A stretch of DNA of 64,000 bases from Bacteroidales bacterium (GCA_016933335.1 JAFGBD010000011.1:50946-114945), one strand, 5' to 3'; positions 37,981 to 50,165 are shown, numbered from the stretch's first letter. Notes: generated by a model from the sequence alone, not told the origin. Numbers and translations: made by a program.

Positions 37981-38331
37981 TCACCGGGTTAGTGTTACGC
38001 TTACACAATCCATCTTACCTCCTACCGGGGGATTCAGTTTGGAAATTTTTACAGTAGCAGACCGGATGCTACTGAAATTTGAATACAAAGCATCCAGTAT
38101 CCGCGATGCAATATTTTCGAGTAAATGTGATTTTTTCGTCATCTCAAGTTTGATGATCTGGTATGCTTTATGGTAATTCAGTGTATCTTCAAGCATGTCT
38201 GATTTGGCTGGCTTCTCTAAATCAGTATCAATGGTAACATCAACAAGAAACTTGTTCCCTACAATCTGTTCCTCCCTGAAATGCCCGTGAAAAGCATAGA
38301 ATTCCATATGTTCCAGCTTGATCAGTCCCAT
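37981..38331 (-). CDS. folB: dihydroneopterin aldolase
   Basis: 116 aa. MGLIKLEHMEFYAFHGHFREEQIVGNKFLVDV is a typical FolB N-terminus. Confidence 0.9.
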   Translation of the reverse strand: MGLIKLEHMEFYAFHGHFREEQIVGNKFLVDVTIDTDLEKPAKSDMLEDTLNYHKAYQIIKLEMTKKSHLLENIASRILDALYSNFSSIRSATVKISKLNPPVGGKMDCVSVTLTR

Positions 38332-38487
38332 TGGCTTATTATAGTGCTTTCTTTAAGTCATACAAATCTCCGAAAATTTCAAGAAATGGAAAAATTTTAT
38401 TTAACATTCGCCGTTTGTCATCATATTTATAATGACAAATGGACATGGAGAAATCAATACCTGACCTGAAAATCTTCCCGTGATGGT

Positions 38488-38519
38488 ATTGGGCAAATCT
38501 TATTTTATCTTTACATTTG
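38488..38519 (+). promoter_or_regulatory. promoter (ATTG, 20 nt spacer, TACATTTG) for the GT-C glycosyltransferase gene
   Basis: -7 box at 38512-38519, ending 50 nt upstream of ATG 38570. It lies inside the track's GTG-extended ORF, which argues for the 38570 start. Confidence 0.45.
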
Positions 38520-38569
38520 CTGCAATACCCGGATGTGATTCCGCTAACCTGAATGATTGTATATTCAAA

Positions 38570-40153
38570 ATGCCACAAAAATTTCAACTTCGCATTATTC
38601 ATCTGTGGAATGAAAAACCCCTGCGCCTGATACTTATTACCGCCCTTCTGCTCAGACTGGTTTCTGCCATATTTTCCAAAGGCTTCGAGATGCATGATGA
38701 TCATTACCTCATCATTGAAGCACCCCAGTCATGGGTTGAAGGAAAAGATTATAACAACTGGCTGCCCTGGAACCAGGAGAATCCGGAACCCAAAGGTCAT
38801 AGTTTTTTCTACACCGGTTTTCATTTCTTATTCTTCAGTGCACTGAAACTGATCGGAATTACCGGTCCCCAGCTTAAAATGTTCCTTGTGAGACTGGTCC
38901 ATGCCCTTTTCTCATTACTCATCGTATCAATGGGATATCGTCTGACTGAAAAATTATCCGGCAGGAATGCTGCAAGGTTTGCCGGACTGCTTCTGGCTGT
39001 TTACTGGTTCATGCCGTTTTTCAGTGTACGAAACCTGGTTGAGATCGTCTGTATCCCTTTTTTGCTGGCCGGATTATGGATGATTGTCAATGCAGATAAC
39101 AAAAAAAACAGACTTGCGTGGATCCTGCTTGCAGGATTCGTTGCAGGTATGGCATTTTCCGTCCGTTACCAGACATCGGTTTTTATTGCGGGCATCGCGT
39201 TGTCATTGTTGCTGTTGAAAATGATCAGACCTGCGGTCGGGTTTTGCCTCGGAGTTGCTGCGTCAGTCATTATCTTCCAGGGAATACCCGATTTCTTTAT
39301 ATGGGGATATCCCTTTGCCGAGTTTATTGCATACTCGGCCTATAACGTGACACACAAGCATGAGTTTATAACGGGCGGCTGGTACAACTACCTGCTGGTC
39401 CTGGCAGGTATGCTGATACCTCCTCTGAGTTTTCTTCTTTTCTGGGGATTTCTGCGTACCTGGAAAAAACACCTGCTGATTTTCTTACCAACCATCCTAT
39501 TTCTTGTTTTCCATTCATTCTATCCCAACAAGCAGGAACGCTTTATTTTCCCGATCATTCCATTTATCATCATCCTTGGGACTATCGGCTGGATTGAGTT
39601 TTATGAACGTTCAGGCTTCTGGCAGAAAAATAAAATAATTTACAGGATCACCCTTGTTCTTTTCTGGATCCTGAACCTGCCGTTACTGTTCTTTTATACT
39701 CCCTCCTACGGTAAAAAAGCAAGGGTGGAGGCAATGACCTTTTTATCTGCCCGCAAAAACATCGAATTCATCCTGATTGAAGACTCCAACAGGCAAAATC
39801 CCACAATGCTGCCCAGGTTTTATCTGAATCAGTGGCCGGTCTTTTACGAATATCCCAGGCCTGTTGAGCAGACTGGCGACTGCAGCAACCTGGCTGTTCA
39901 CGGCAAACAGTTCTATAAGCTTCATTCGCTGGATTGCCTGGAACAGATCAGCCGTGATTCCCTGCCTGATTTCGTGATTTTTGTGGACAAGCTCAATCTT
40001 GAAAGCAGGGTAGAAAAAATGAAAAAGTATCTGCCCGATATGAAATTCCTTGCTGAAACAAAGCCCGGACTCAGGGACAGGTTAATGTATGTGATTAACC
40101 CGGTCAATTACAATGTACCTGTGTATATCTATGAAACCGGTACCGGTAAATAA
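38570..40153 (+). CDS. GT-C fold polytopic membrane glycosyltransferase (Alg9/PIG-B-like mannosyltransferase family, tentative)
   Basis: 527 aa with >=10 TM helices. First periplasmic loop has HDDHYLIIEAPQSW, resembling the HPDE-type loop motif of GT22-like enzymes. Family assignment is tentative. Confidence 0.55.
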   Translation: MPQKFQLRIIHLWNEKPLRLILITALLLRLVSAIFSKGFEMHDDHYLIIEAPQSWVEGKDYNNWLPWNQENPEPKGHSFFYTGFHFLFFSALKLIGITGPQLKMFLVRLVHALFSLLIVSMGYRLTEKLSGRNAARFAGLLLAVYWFMPFFSVRNLVEIVCIPFLLAGLWMIVNADNKKNRLAWILLAGFVAGMAFSVRYQTSVFIAGIALSLLLLKMIRPAVGFCLGVAASVIIFQGIPDFFIWGYPFAEFIAYSAYNVTHKHEFITGGWYNYLLVLAGMLIPPLSFLLFWGFLRTWKKHLLIFLPTILFLVFHSFYPNKQERFIFPIIPFIIILGTIGWIEFYERSGFWQKNKIIYRITLVLFWILNLPLLFFYTPSYGKKARVEAMTFLSARKNIEFILIEDSNRQNPTMLPRFYLNQWPVFYEYPRPVEQTGDCSNLAVHGKQFYKLHSLDCLEQISRDSLPDFVIFVDKLNLESRVEKMKKYLPDMKFLAETKPGLRDRLMYVINPVNYNVPVYIYETGTGK

Positions 40154-40234
40154 ATACAACCTTTCGGTTTAATATGCTCTAAAGTTCTTAATATTGCAGA
40201 TTTGAACGGCTATCAAACAAGACTGTTATAAAAC

Positions 40235-41932
<1,698 letters not shown>

Positions 41933-41948
41933 AAACAACGGAAAGAAA

Positions 41949-43190
41949 ATGAAACTTTTATATTCCCTTTCAATCAGGCTGTATGTTTTGGGGATCCGTA
42001 TTTTCTCTCTTTTTGATAAAAAAGCCAGGCTCTGGCTTGCAGGCCGCAGGGGAATTTTTAAAAGACTCCGTGAAGCAATCAGCCCGGAAGATAGAATTAT
42101 CTGGTTTCATGCAGCATCGCTGGGAGAATTTGAACAGGGCAGACCGTTAATGGAGGCTGTCAGAAAAGACCATCCCGGGCTTAAAATCCTGCTGACCTTT
42201 TTTTCCCCCTCCGGTTACGAGATCAGGAAAGATTACCGGGGAGCCGATTATGTTTGTTACCTGCCTGTCGATTACAAAAGGAATGCAGCCCGTTTTACAA
42301 GGATGGTCAATCCCTGCAAAGTCTTTTTTATAAAATATGAATACTGGTATCATTATCTCAGGGAATTGAGCAGCAAAAAAGTACCGGTCTATCTTATATC
42401 GGCCATCTTCAGGAGAAACCAGCTCTTTTTCAGGTGGTACGGAAGCTGGTACAGAAAAATGCTGAATTACTTTACCCATATCTTTGTCCAGGATGATGCA
42501 TCAATATTATTACTGAATCAACATGGCTTTGATCACGTCAGCAAACCGGGCGATACACGATTTGACCGTGTTGCGGAAATAGCCCGGCAAACCAGGCAGA
42601 TTGAGATCGCTGAAAAATTTTGTAACCACCAGCCAACGGTCGTTTGCGGAAGTACCTGGGAAAAGGATGAAGAACTGCTGGCAGAATACATCAATCAATC
42701 AGATTCACAGCTTAAATTCATTGTGGCTCCGCACGAAATACACCAGTCTCATATCTCAAAACTGACCGCATCAATTAAAAAACCATATATCAAATATTCA
42801 GAGGCAGAAAAGGCTGATCTGTCTGGTAAAAAGGTTCTGATCATCGACAACATCGGCATGCTTTCATCGCTTTATCAATACGGGCACTGGGCGTATATCG
42901 GCGGAGGATTCGGTGCCGGTATTCATAATATCCTTGAGGCGGCAACCTTCGGCCTGCCTGTTGTCTTCGGTCCCCATCACGAAAAATTCAAAGAAGCCCT
43001 TGATCTTATTCAGCTTCAGGGAGCTTACAGCATATCAGGGTATGCTGATCTTACAAAAATTTTCGATTTATTTCTGACAGACACCGGGAAAAGACAAAGA
43101 TCAGGTGAAACAGCCGGGAAATATGTGAAAGACAACCAGGGAGCAACCCTGAAGATCATGAATCTGGTTTTTACGTCCCGGGATAATTAA
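41949..43190 (+). CDS. waaA: 3-deoxy-D-manno-octulosonic acid (Kdo) transferase
   Basis: 413 aa. Motifs IWFHAASLGEFEQGRPL and GGSF/GGGFG..HNILEAA typical of WaaA/KdtA. Confidence 0.9.
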   Translation: MKLLYSLSIRLYVLGIRIFSLFDKKARLWLAGRRGIFKRLREAISPEDRIIWFHAASLGEFEQGRPLMEAVRKDHPGLKILLTFFSPSGYEIRKDYRGADYVCYLPVDYKRNAARFTRMVNPCKVFFIKYEYWYHYLRELSSKKVPVYLISAIFRRNQLFFRWYGSWYRKMLNYFTHIFVQDDASILLLNQHGFDHVSKPGDTRFDRVAEIARQTRQIEIAEKFCNHQPTVVCGSTWEKDEELLAEYINQSDSQLKFIVAPHEIHQSHISKLTASIKKPYIKYSEAEKADLSGKKVLIIDNIGMLSSLYQYGHWAYIGGGFGAGIHNILEAATFGLPVVFGPHHEKFKEALDLIQLQGAYSISGYADLTKIFDLFLTDTGKRQRSGETAGKYVKDNQGATLKIMNLVFTSRDN

Positions 43191-43216
43191 TAATATTAAA
43201 TGCTCATAAAACTCAA

Positions 43217-44023
43217 TTGAAGCCGTTTGGTAAAGTTCATATTGCCCACCTGACTTTCAGATTCAATGCCCTTGCCGGGAGTTATCTTTCAGATGACACC
43301 CTTTGTAACAGTCACATTGAGATCAAAAGAGTGCATACCCTGATGGTATGTGAGGAGATCAAGTCGCTGGCAGAAGAAACAGGTTTGTCAACTGAAAAGG
43401 CCAGGCTGGCATACATCATTGCACTGTTTCATGATATTGGCAGGTTCAGGCAGTTTCAACAATACAGGACATTTGATGACTCCCGCTCAGTAAATCATGC
43501 TGCCCTGTCAGTGGATATCATCAAATCCGACGGATTCCTGGAGCATATACCGGAAACATTTCATGAACTCATATTTCAGACAATCCTGAATCATAACATA
43601 CCGTTTGTTGATGGTTATGAAAACAGCGAGACGGAATTGTTTACAAAACTGCTGAGAGATGCCGACAAGCTTGATATCCTGAGAGTGATTACCAGTGACG
43701 ATCTGAGACATGTTCTGGAATGGGAAGAAAAAACAGACAGTTACAGGGTGCCTGATACGATCTTACAAAGATTCCGCGATCATCAGATAGTGACCCTTGA
43801 CCTTGTCAGGTCGGTCAATGACCTCAGAATGGTGAGAATCAGCTGGATATTCGATATCAATTTCAGCCTGACCATTCAAAAGATCAAAGAAAGAAAGTAT
43901 CTTGAGAAATTATTTGGCTTAATTCCGGGTTCGGAAAGGTTGAATCAGATAAAAACCATCATTGAAGATTATATTATGACCAAAAAAAATGAGGGTGACG
44001 AATACATATTTAGTAACAAATAA
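43217..44023 (+). CDS. HD-domain phosphohydrolase family protein
   Basis: 268 aa. H...H..RV then ALFHDIGRF (HD dyad) and LRDADKLD. The only start upstream of the conserved N-terminal helix is TTG at 43217. Confidence 0.75.
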   Translation: MKPFGKVHIAHLTFRFNALAGSYLSDDTLCNSHIEIKRVHTLMVCEEIKSLAEETGLSTEKARLAYIIALFHDIGRFRQFQQYRTFDDSRSVNHAALSVDIIKSDGFLEHIPETFHELIFQTILNHNIPFVDGYENSETELFTKLLRDADKLDILRVITSDDLRHVLEWEEKTDSYRVPDTILQRFRDHQIVTLDLVRSVNDLRMVRISWIFDINFSLTIQKIKERKYLEKLFGLIPGSERLNQIKTIIEDYIMTKKNEGDEYIFSNK

Positions 44024-44048
44024 ATCAAACATGTAATTAATTTTAAAA

Positions 44049-44489
44049 ATGATGAAAGCACTGGTAATCTACTACAGCAAAACAGTAAGGACCAGGCAGA
44101 TGGCCCTGGAAATCGACAAATATCTCAAGGAGAACAACCTGGATTCAAAAATGATCTCCCTTTATGATGTTCAGCCCGAAGATATCATACAGGCCGAAAT
44201 CGTCCTGCTCGGATGCTGGACAAGCGGATTGTTCTTTTTATTGCAGCATCCGGACAGAACATGGAAAGAATATGCTTCAAAATTTCCTGATTTGAAAGGT
44301 AAAAAAGTAGGCTTTTTTACCACCTACCTTACTTTAACAGGGAGCATGTTCAGAAATATGTATAAAAACCTGAAGGATAAACTGGCGGAACCGGTGACCC
44401 TGAACCTGAAATCCAGGAACGCAAAACTCTCTGATGATAATAAGGCGCTTATTCAGTCGTTTATATCAGGTGAGGGAGCAACAATATAA
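44049..44489 (+). CDS. flavodoxin-like fold protein
   Basis: 146 aa. MKALVIYYSKT..TRQMA N-terminus and LLGCWT / VGFFTTY strands typical of short flavodoxin-family proteins. Confidence 0.55.
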   Translation: MMKALVIYYSKTVRTRQMALEIDKYLKENNLDSKMISLYDVQPEDIIQAEIVLLGCWTSGLFFLLQHPDRTWKEYASKFPDLKGKKVGFFTTYLTLTGSMFRNMYKNLKDKLAEPVTLNLKSRNAKLSDDNKALIQSFISGEGATI

Positions 44490-44498
44490 TCTGCCAGG

Positions 44499-45884
44499 TT
44501 GTTGAAAGATATAAACATTCATCTTAATCCATTGAGAAAGAGTATCATTCTGATATCATGTTTGTTCATACCTCAGATTGTTTTTTCACAGATGGAAGGG
44601 CAATGGTATGGTACAACACAAGAAAAGGGTAATATCGTTTTTCATATAAAGAAAGAGAATGACAGGTATGCGGCAACATTCGACTGCCCTGACATATACG
44701 CCTTTGGATATCCGGTTGAAGAAGTCTTATTATACGGTTCAGAAGTAATTATCAGAATTCCATCGATTGGAGCTGTTTTCAACGGACAGATAAACAATGA
44801 CAATAATGAAATAAACGGAACATTTGAACAGGATGGAGTGACACTTCCTATGGATCTTTTAACTCGACCGCAAACTCCAAAGGAGCCATACCCGTATTAT
44901 TCACAGGACGTACTTATTGAAAACCATAAGGATAACATTCAACTGGCAGGTACATTGACATTACCCGATTCAGTGGGAAGGCATCCTGTGGCAATATTGA
45001 TATCCGGATCAGGACCAAATGACAGGGATGCAACATATTTCGGGCATAAAACATTTCTGGTTATGGCCGACCATCTGACCAGGAACGGAATTGGTGTTTT
45101 ACGATTCGATGACCGTGGTGTTGGATGTTCCACCGGCGATTTCGATGCGGCCACTCTGTCTGACTTTGCACATGACATTGAAAGCTGTTTTCAATATTTG
45201 CAATCACATAAAAATGTGCTTCCGGATAAAACAGGCCTGATCGGACATAGCGAAGGAGGATCAGTTGCTGCCATGGTAGCCGGAAACAATAAAAATATTG
45301 CCTTTCTTGTATTAATGTCAAGTCCGGCTGTCTCCGGAGACAAGCTTGCTTATTCCCGGATAGCAGATTATTACAGTGAAGCTGACAGCAGTGCTGTTAA
45401 ACAGCAGGTTGAATTGAGAAGGCGATTATTCAGTGTATTGAAGTATTGGGACCGGGATATTGCATATGTGGCATTATGGGAAATCCTGGTTGAAAACAGG
45501 AAACTGCTGCCTGTGCCTCACAGGGATACAATATCCGTAATCAATAATATCATAGCATATATTAACAGCGATTATAACAGGTCTGTTATCAACTATGATC
45601 CTGCACCTGATTTGCAAAAAACAACCTGTCCGATCCTGGCTCTTTATGCCGGTAAAGATAACCGCGTATCACCCCGGCAGAATATCCCCGCCTTTGAAAA
45701 GGCTTTTGCTGAAATTGGCAGATATGATTGTGAAATTGAATTGCCTGATGTCAACCATACATTCCAGACAGTAACAGACGATAAAAAAATTAAAAACAGC
45801 GAAATAAGTGAGACTGTTTCTCCTGACGTACTGTCTTTAATTACATACTGGATAATTAATGATGGATTGAAAGGGGTTGAATAG
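44499..45884 (+). CDS. secreted alpha/beta hydrolase
   Basis: 461 aa with TTG start and signal peptide. Nucleophile elbow GHSEGG. Late GKDN (Asp) and NHTF (His) motifs are consistent with a Ser-Asp-His triad. Confidence 0.75.
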   Translation: MLKDINIHLNPLRKSIILISCLFIPQIVFSQMEGQWYGTTQEKGNIVFHIKKENDRYAATFDCPDIYAFGYPVEEVLLYGSEVIIRIPSIGAVFNGQINNDNNEINGTFEQDGVTLPMDLLTRPQTPKEPYPYYSQDVLIENHKDNIQLAGTLTLPDSVGRHPVAILISGSGPNDRDATYFGHKTFLVMADHLTRNGIGVLRFDDRGVGCSTGDFDAATLSDFAHDIESCFQYLQSHKNVLPDKTGLIGHSEGGSVAAMVAGNNKNIAFLVLMSSPAVSGDKLAYSRIADYYSEADSSAVKQQVELRRRLFSVLKYWDRDIAYVALWEILVENRKLLPVPHRDTISVINNIIAYINSDYNRSVINYDPAPDLQKTTCPILALYAGKDNRVSPRQNIPAFEKAFAEIGRYDCEIELPDVNHTFQTVTDDKKIKNSEISETVSPDVLSLITYWIINDGLKGVE

Positions 45885-45951
45885 CTATCCCGGAAATCTC
45901 AATACAATTCCAAGCTTTGACTGGTTATTATCTGATTGATAACAGATCTTT

Positions 45952-47139
45952 TTAAATAACCTTCAGTTCCTTGCCTGCTTTCACAAAAGCCTGAACAGCT
46001 TTGTCAAGGTGCTCCTTTTCATGGGCAGCCGACAGCTGAACCCTGATTCTTGCCTGTCCCTGTGGTACCACGGGATAATTAAACCCGATCACATAAATAC
46101 CCTCTTCCAGCAGCCTTGCCGCAAAATCCTGGGATAGCTTTGCATCATAGAGCATGATGGCCACGATGGCTGATTGGGTGGGTTTGATATCAAATCCGGC
46201 TGTTTTGATCTTTTCAATAAAGTATTTCGTATTCCGGTGCAGCTTATCCTGTAAAACATTTGTCCGGCTCATCATTTCCAGCATCCTGATCCCTGCGCTG
46301 ACCACCATCGGGGGCAGTGAATTCGAGAACAGGTATGGCCTTGACCGCTGCCTTAACAAATCAATGATCTCTTTTCTCCCGGTGGTAAATCCCCCTATGG
46401 CCCCTCCAAAGGCTTTACCCAGTGTGCCGGTGATAATATCTGCCTTTCCTGTTACACCGAACAGTTCGGTAACACCCCTGCCCGTTTCACCAACAACACC
46501 TGCCGAGTGGCTCTCGTCTAAGGCTACCAGTGCATCGTACTTGTCTGCCAGTCCGATGATCTGATCGACAGGCGACACATTACCGTCCATTGAAAAAACA
46601 CCGTCGGTAACGATCATTTTGAAACGCTGACCTGCGGCTTCTTTTAATTTTGCCTCAAGATCATTCATATCGGCATTTGCATATCTGAAACGTTTTGCTT
46701 TACAAAGTCTTACCCCGTCGATGATGGAAGCATGGTTCAGCGAATCCGATATGATGGCATCCTGCTCACCAAGCAGAGGCTCAAACAAACCGCCGTTGGC
46801 GTCGAAGCAAGCAGCATACAGGATGGAATCGTCAGTCCCGAAAAAACGTGCAATCTCCTGCTCAAGCTTCCGGTGCAGATCAGTGGTGCCGCAAATAAAA
46901 CGTACCGATGACATGCCGTATCCATGGGTAACAAATCCCTCCTTTGCTGCCTCTATCAGATCAGGATGTGATGAAAGGCCAAGATAATTGTTAGCACAGA
47001 AATTCAGCACTTCGCTGCCGTCATCAAGCCTGATGACAGCTCCCTGCGGCGAATTGATGATCCTCTCTTTTTTATACAATCCGGCCTTTTCAATGTCAGC
47101 CAGTTCCTTCGTGAGATAGTCTTTGAATTTACCATACAT
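45952..47139 (-). CDS. kbl: glycine C-acetyltransferase (2-amino-3-ketobutyrate CoA ligase)
   Basis: 395 aa. PLP-dependent alpha-oxoamine synthase motifs (NNYLGL, DESHSAG, GTLGKAFG). Lies downstream of tdh. Confidence 0.92.
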   Translation of the reverse strand: MYGKFKDYLTKELADIEKAGLYKKERIINSPQGAVIRLDDGSEVLNFCANNYLGLSSHPDLIEAAKEGFVTHGYGMSSVRFICGTTDLHRKLEQEIARFFGTDDSILYAACFDANGGLFEPLLGEQDAIISDSLNHASIIDGVRLCKAKRFRYANADMNDLEAKLKEAAGQRFKMIVTDGVFSMDGNVSPVDQIIGLADKYDALVALDESHSAGVVGETGRGVTELFGVTGKADIITGTLGKAFGGAIGGFTTGRKEIIDLLRQRSRPYLFSNSLPPMVVSAGIRMLEMMSRTNVLQDKLHRNTKYFIEKIKTAGFDIKPTQSAIVAIMLYDAKLSQDFAARLLEEGIYVIGFNYPVVPQGQARIRVQLSAAHEKEHLDKAVQAFVKAGKELKVI

Positions 47140-47161
47140 GGCTTCTTACCTTAAATATATT

Positions 47162-48118
47162 TTATTTGTTTTCTGTCATTTTGCGTATCTCACCGATCAT
47201 GGTATCAGTGATTTTTGTCAGATCGTATGTGGGCTTCCAGTGGTCATGACTTCTTGCCAGGCTGTCATCGACACTCTCAGGCCATGTTTCCGCAATGGCC
47301 TGTCTGAAATCGGGATGATAACTGATGCTGAAATCAGGTATATGCCTTCTTATGTCTTCAGCAACCTCAGACGGACTAAGGCTTGGTCCGGAAATATTAT
47401 ATGCCGAATGCAGGCTGATCTCAGACCGTTCCAGTTCCATCAGGTTGATGGTTGCCCTTATGGCATCAGCCATAAACATCATCGGAAGCTTAGTATCTTC
47501 ATTCAGAAAGCATAAATATGAACCTTTGCGAACCGCATCAAAGTATATCTCAACTGCCCAGTCGGTTGTGCCTCCTCCGGGTTCGGTCTTAAAACTGACC
47601 AGTCCCGGATACCTCAGGCTTCTTATGTCAACATTGTACCTCCTGAAGAAATATTCACACCACCGCTCCCCGGCAAGCTTGCTTATGCCGTAAACCGTTA
47701 CGGGTTCCATGGTAGTTACCTGCGGAGCAAGTTTCTTTGGCGTGGTCGGACCAAAGACAGCTATGGAGCTTGGCCAGAAGACTTTCTTTACATCTTCCAC
47801 CAGTTTTGCCACTTCAAGGATGTTCATCAGGCTGTCCATATTGATATGCCATGCTGCATTTGGCAGTTTTTCGGCATTTCCTGACAGAACAGCGGCCAGG
47901 TGATAGATCTGTGTGATTTTATGCCTGATGACAAAATGTATCAGGTGCTTGTCATCCATCACATCAAGAAGCTGAAAAGGCCCGCTTTCACGCACATCAC
48001 GGTCAGCCTCTTTGATGTCTGTTGCATATACATGCCCGTTGCCATAAATCTTTCTTAGTTCAAGGGTTAACTCGGAGCCGATCTGCCCGGCTGCACCGAT
48101 GATGAGAATGTTTTCCAT
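47162..48118 (-). CDS. tdh: L-threonine 3-dehydrogenase (NAD-dependent epimerase/dehydratase-type)
   Basis: 318 aa. Rossmann motif IIGAAGQIGSEL and a YGISK catalytic Tyr-x3-Lys. Operon partner of kbl, as for SDR-type TDH. Confidence 0.82.
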   Translation of the reverse strand: MENILIIGAAGQIGSELTLELRKIYGNGHVYATDIKEADRDVRESGPFQLLDVMDDKHLIHFVIRHKITQIYHLAAVLSGNAEKLPNAAWHINMDSLMNILEVAKLVEDVKKVFWPSSIAVFGPTTPKKLAPQVTTMEPVTVYGISKLAGERWCEYFFRRYNVDIRSLRYPGLVSFKTEPGGGTTDWAVEIYFDAVRKGSYLCFLNEDTKLPMMFMADAIRATINLMELERSEISLHSAYNISGPSLSPSEVAEDIRRHIPDFSISYHPDFRQAIAETWPESVDDSLARSHDHWKPTYDLTKITDTMIGEIRKMTENK

Positions 48119-48187
48119 AAGCCCGTTGAGTTATCATACGAATTTAGGGAATTACAACCTCTAAAAAAATGACATTCAACAGCCATG

Positions 48188-49300
48188 TCAGACCGTTTTC
48201 TTATAAACCTTGCCCGGGAGGCATTTCACCAGTCCGTTAAACTCCAGGTTTATCAGCAGCCAGGATATCCTGCTGACCGGTAAATGGCACTGAACGGATA
48301 TTTTATCAATGGTCAGTTCATCGCTTTCTTCAAGCAGGGCCATGATCTTTTTCTCCTCATCATCCAGATCAACGAACATCTTTTTCTGTGTGGCTGCCGG
48401 CTTTTGTTTCTCCTGCCAGCCCATCAGATACTCCAGGTCACCGGAATCTTCAATCAGTGCTGCTTTATTTGCTTTAATCAGCCTGTTGCAGCCGGCGGAA
48501 TATTTATCACTGACCCTTCCCGGAAAAGCAAACACGTCCCTGTTATATGAATTGGCAATATCTGCTGTTATCAGGGCACCCCCTTTTTCCCCTGACTCTA
48601 CAACAACTGTCGCATCAGCCAGTCCGGCAATAATCCTGTTTCTTCTCACAAAATTCGGTGCATCAGGTATCTCGGTGCTGGTAAACTCGGTTAAAAGTGC
48701 CCCCTGTGAACAGATCTGTTCCGCAATGCTTTTGTGAGCGGCCGGATATACAACTGACAAACCATGTCCCAGCACGGCAACCGTATCTAGCTGATATTTT
48801 AAGGCTGCTTTATGTGCGCAAACATCAATCCCGTAAGCAAGACCACTGATGATCAGTATATCCGTATGATTTTCAGCCAGTCCCCCGATGAGTTTATCGC
48901 ACAGCTCTTTACCATATTCAGAGGCCTTACGGGTACCAACTATGCTTAATACTTTCTGTCTTTCAGGATTGGCATTCCCTTTCAGATAAAAGATGACCGG
49001 AGCATCTTCACACTGTTTCAATCGTCCAGGGTAGTTTTCATCAAGTAAGAAAACAGGCCTGATGTTATTTTTTATGATATATTCAACCTCTCTGTCTGCC
49101 TGCTCCAGCACCTCTTTTTTTCTCAGCTGCCCGCAGAGCTTTGCACCAAAGCCGGGCACTTTCATAAGTCCGGGTTGTTTTTCCCTGAAAACCCCTTCAG
49201 GGTTTCCATAAAATTCAATCAAACGCCTTGCAAGTACAGGTCCGATTTTGGGAATGAGGCTGACCCCGATCTGATACCTCAGCGAATCACTATATGTCAT
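48188..49300 (-). CDS. dprA: DNA-processing protein DprA
   Basis: 370 aa from ATG 49300; the track start at 49327 is TTG. Rossmann-like DprA core (VSGLAYGIDVCAHKAAL, VVVESGEKGGALITA) and a C-terminal winged-helix domain. Confidence 0.9.
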   Translation of the reverse strand: MTYSDSLRYQIGVSLIPKIGPVLARRLIEFYGNPEGVFREKQPGLMKVPGFGAKLCGQLRKKEVLEQADREVEYIIKNNIRPVFLLDENYPGRLKQCEDAPVIFYLKGNANPERQKVLSIVGTRKASEYGKELCDKLIGGLAENHTDILIISGLAYGIDVCAHKAALKYQLDTVAVLGHGLSVVYPAAHKSIAEQICSQGALLTEFTSTEIPDAPNFVRRNRIIAGLADATVVVESGEKGGALITADIANSYNRDVFAFPGRVSDKYSAGCNRLIKANKAALIEDSGDLEYLMGWQEKQKPAATQKKMFVDLDDEEKKIMALLEESDELTIDKISVQCHLPVSRISWLLINLEFNGLVKCLPGKVYKKTV

Positions 49301-49316
49301 ATTGCTAATAAGGTTT

Positions 49317-50165
49317 TTATGGCTCAATTACCGATAATATGTTGTGATATTGTTCTTTGATCTTTTTTTCTCTTTTAATGATGGCGGCTTTCCCGGCATT
49401 CTGATATCCTCCCTGGTGATATCGCTGAAACCATGGCAGAATGGCGATTGAAGCATCTATAAATGAATAGTGGTAAATGGTATTGATGTATAAAAAAGCA
49501 AGCCCGCTTATCAGTAACAGCGAATTCACAGCTCCCTTGTATTCGCCACAGTATAGCTGTCCAAGACCTGGAAGAATCATGCTCAGCACTCTTGCGGTTT
49601 TCGGGTTATACCGCTTGTTGATATGATTGATCTCTTCCAGGATATAATTCAGAGCTTCCCTTTGAGCATCATTTGTACTGTCGGTGCATTTCAGAAAGTG
49701 ATCGATTGACTTTTGATAGTCTGTTTTCTGAAAATAGGCTACTCCCAGATAAAAATTCCTTTTCAGCAGGAAATAATCAGAACTGGGTACATTGATCCCG
49801 AAAAGCTCAATAAGCGCATAATTGTAATTGTTTTCAAGCAGGTAGAGGTATGCCACCTGGAAGATAAGTTCTGTTCTCAGGCTGTCTGCCGGAGCCAGGT
49901 TACCTGCCATTTTAGAGAATGCCCTTGCCTTGTTATAATCATTTTCAGAAATATAACATGCTGCAAGGTTACCTGCAACCTCATAGGAGTATATGTTCAA
50001 TGAATCAAAATACAATACCCTCCGGTACAGGCTGATCGCCTCCTTTATATTGCCCGTGTTGAACTGCCTCGATGCAAAATCCAGTGTCTTCTCGATATTC
50101 TGGGCATTGCAGGTGCACAGTGCAATGATAATAAGGTTACTTATAGTTACTGAAAGTTTCTTCAA
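49317..50165 (-). CDS. signal-peptide + TPR protein with C-terminal PGxGQ membrane hairpin (paralog 2)
   Basis: TPR-like repeats, then ...ARVLSMILPGLGQLYCGEYKGAVNSLLLISGLAF. The hydrophobic signal-like KKLSVTISNLIIIALCTCNAQ directly follows TTG 50165. Upstream ATGs at 50228 and 50279 would overlap the previous gene by 92-143 nt. Start is uncertain. Confidence 0.5.
   Translation of the reverse strand: MKKLSVTISNLIIIALCTCNAQNIEKTLDFASRQFNTGNIKEAISLYRRVLYFDSLNIYSYEVAGNLAACYISENDYNKARAFSKMAGNLAPADSLRTELIFQVAYLYLLENNYNYALIELFGINVPSSDYFLLKRNFYLGVAYFQKTDYQKSIDHFLKCTDSTNDAQREALNYILEEINHINKRYNPKTARVLSMILPGLGQLYCGEYKGAVNSLLLISGLAFLYINTIYHYSFIDASIAILPWFQRYHQGGYQNAGKAAIIKREKKIKEQYHNILSVIEP

Noticed and set aside
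38480-38569. Upstream TTG/GTG-initiated extensions in the ORF track (also 15970-15984, 53798-53824, 61454-61513, 49301-49327, 6313-6336)
   Set aside because: The extensions lack signal or conserved sequence. In two cases they contain the gene's own TAnnTTTG promoter box. Downstream ATGs give canonical N-termini.
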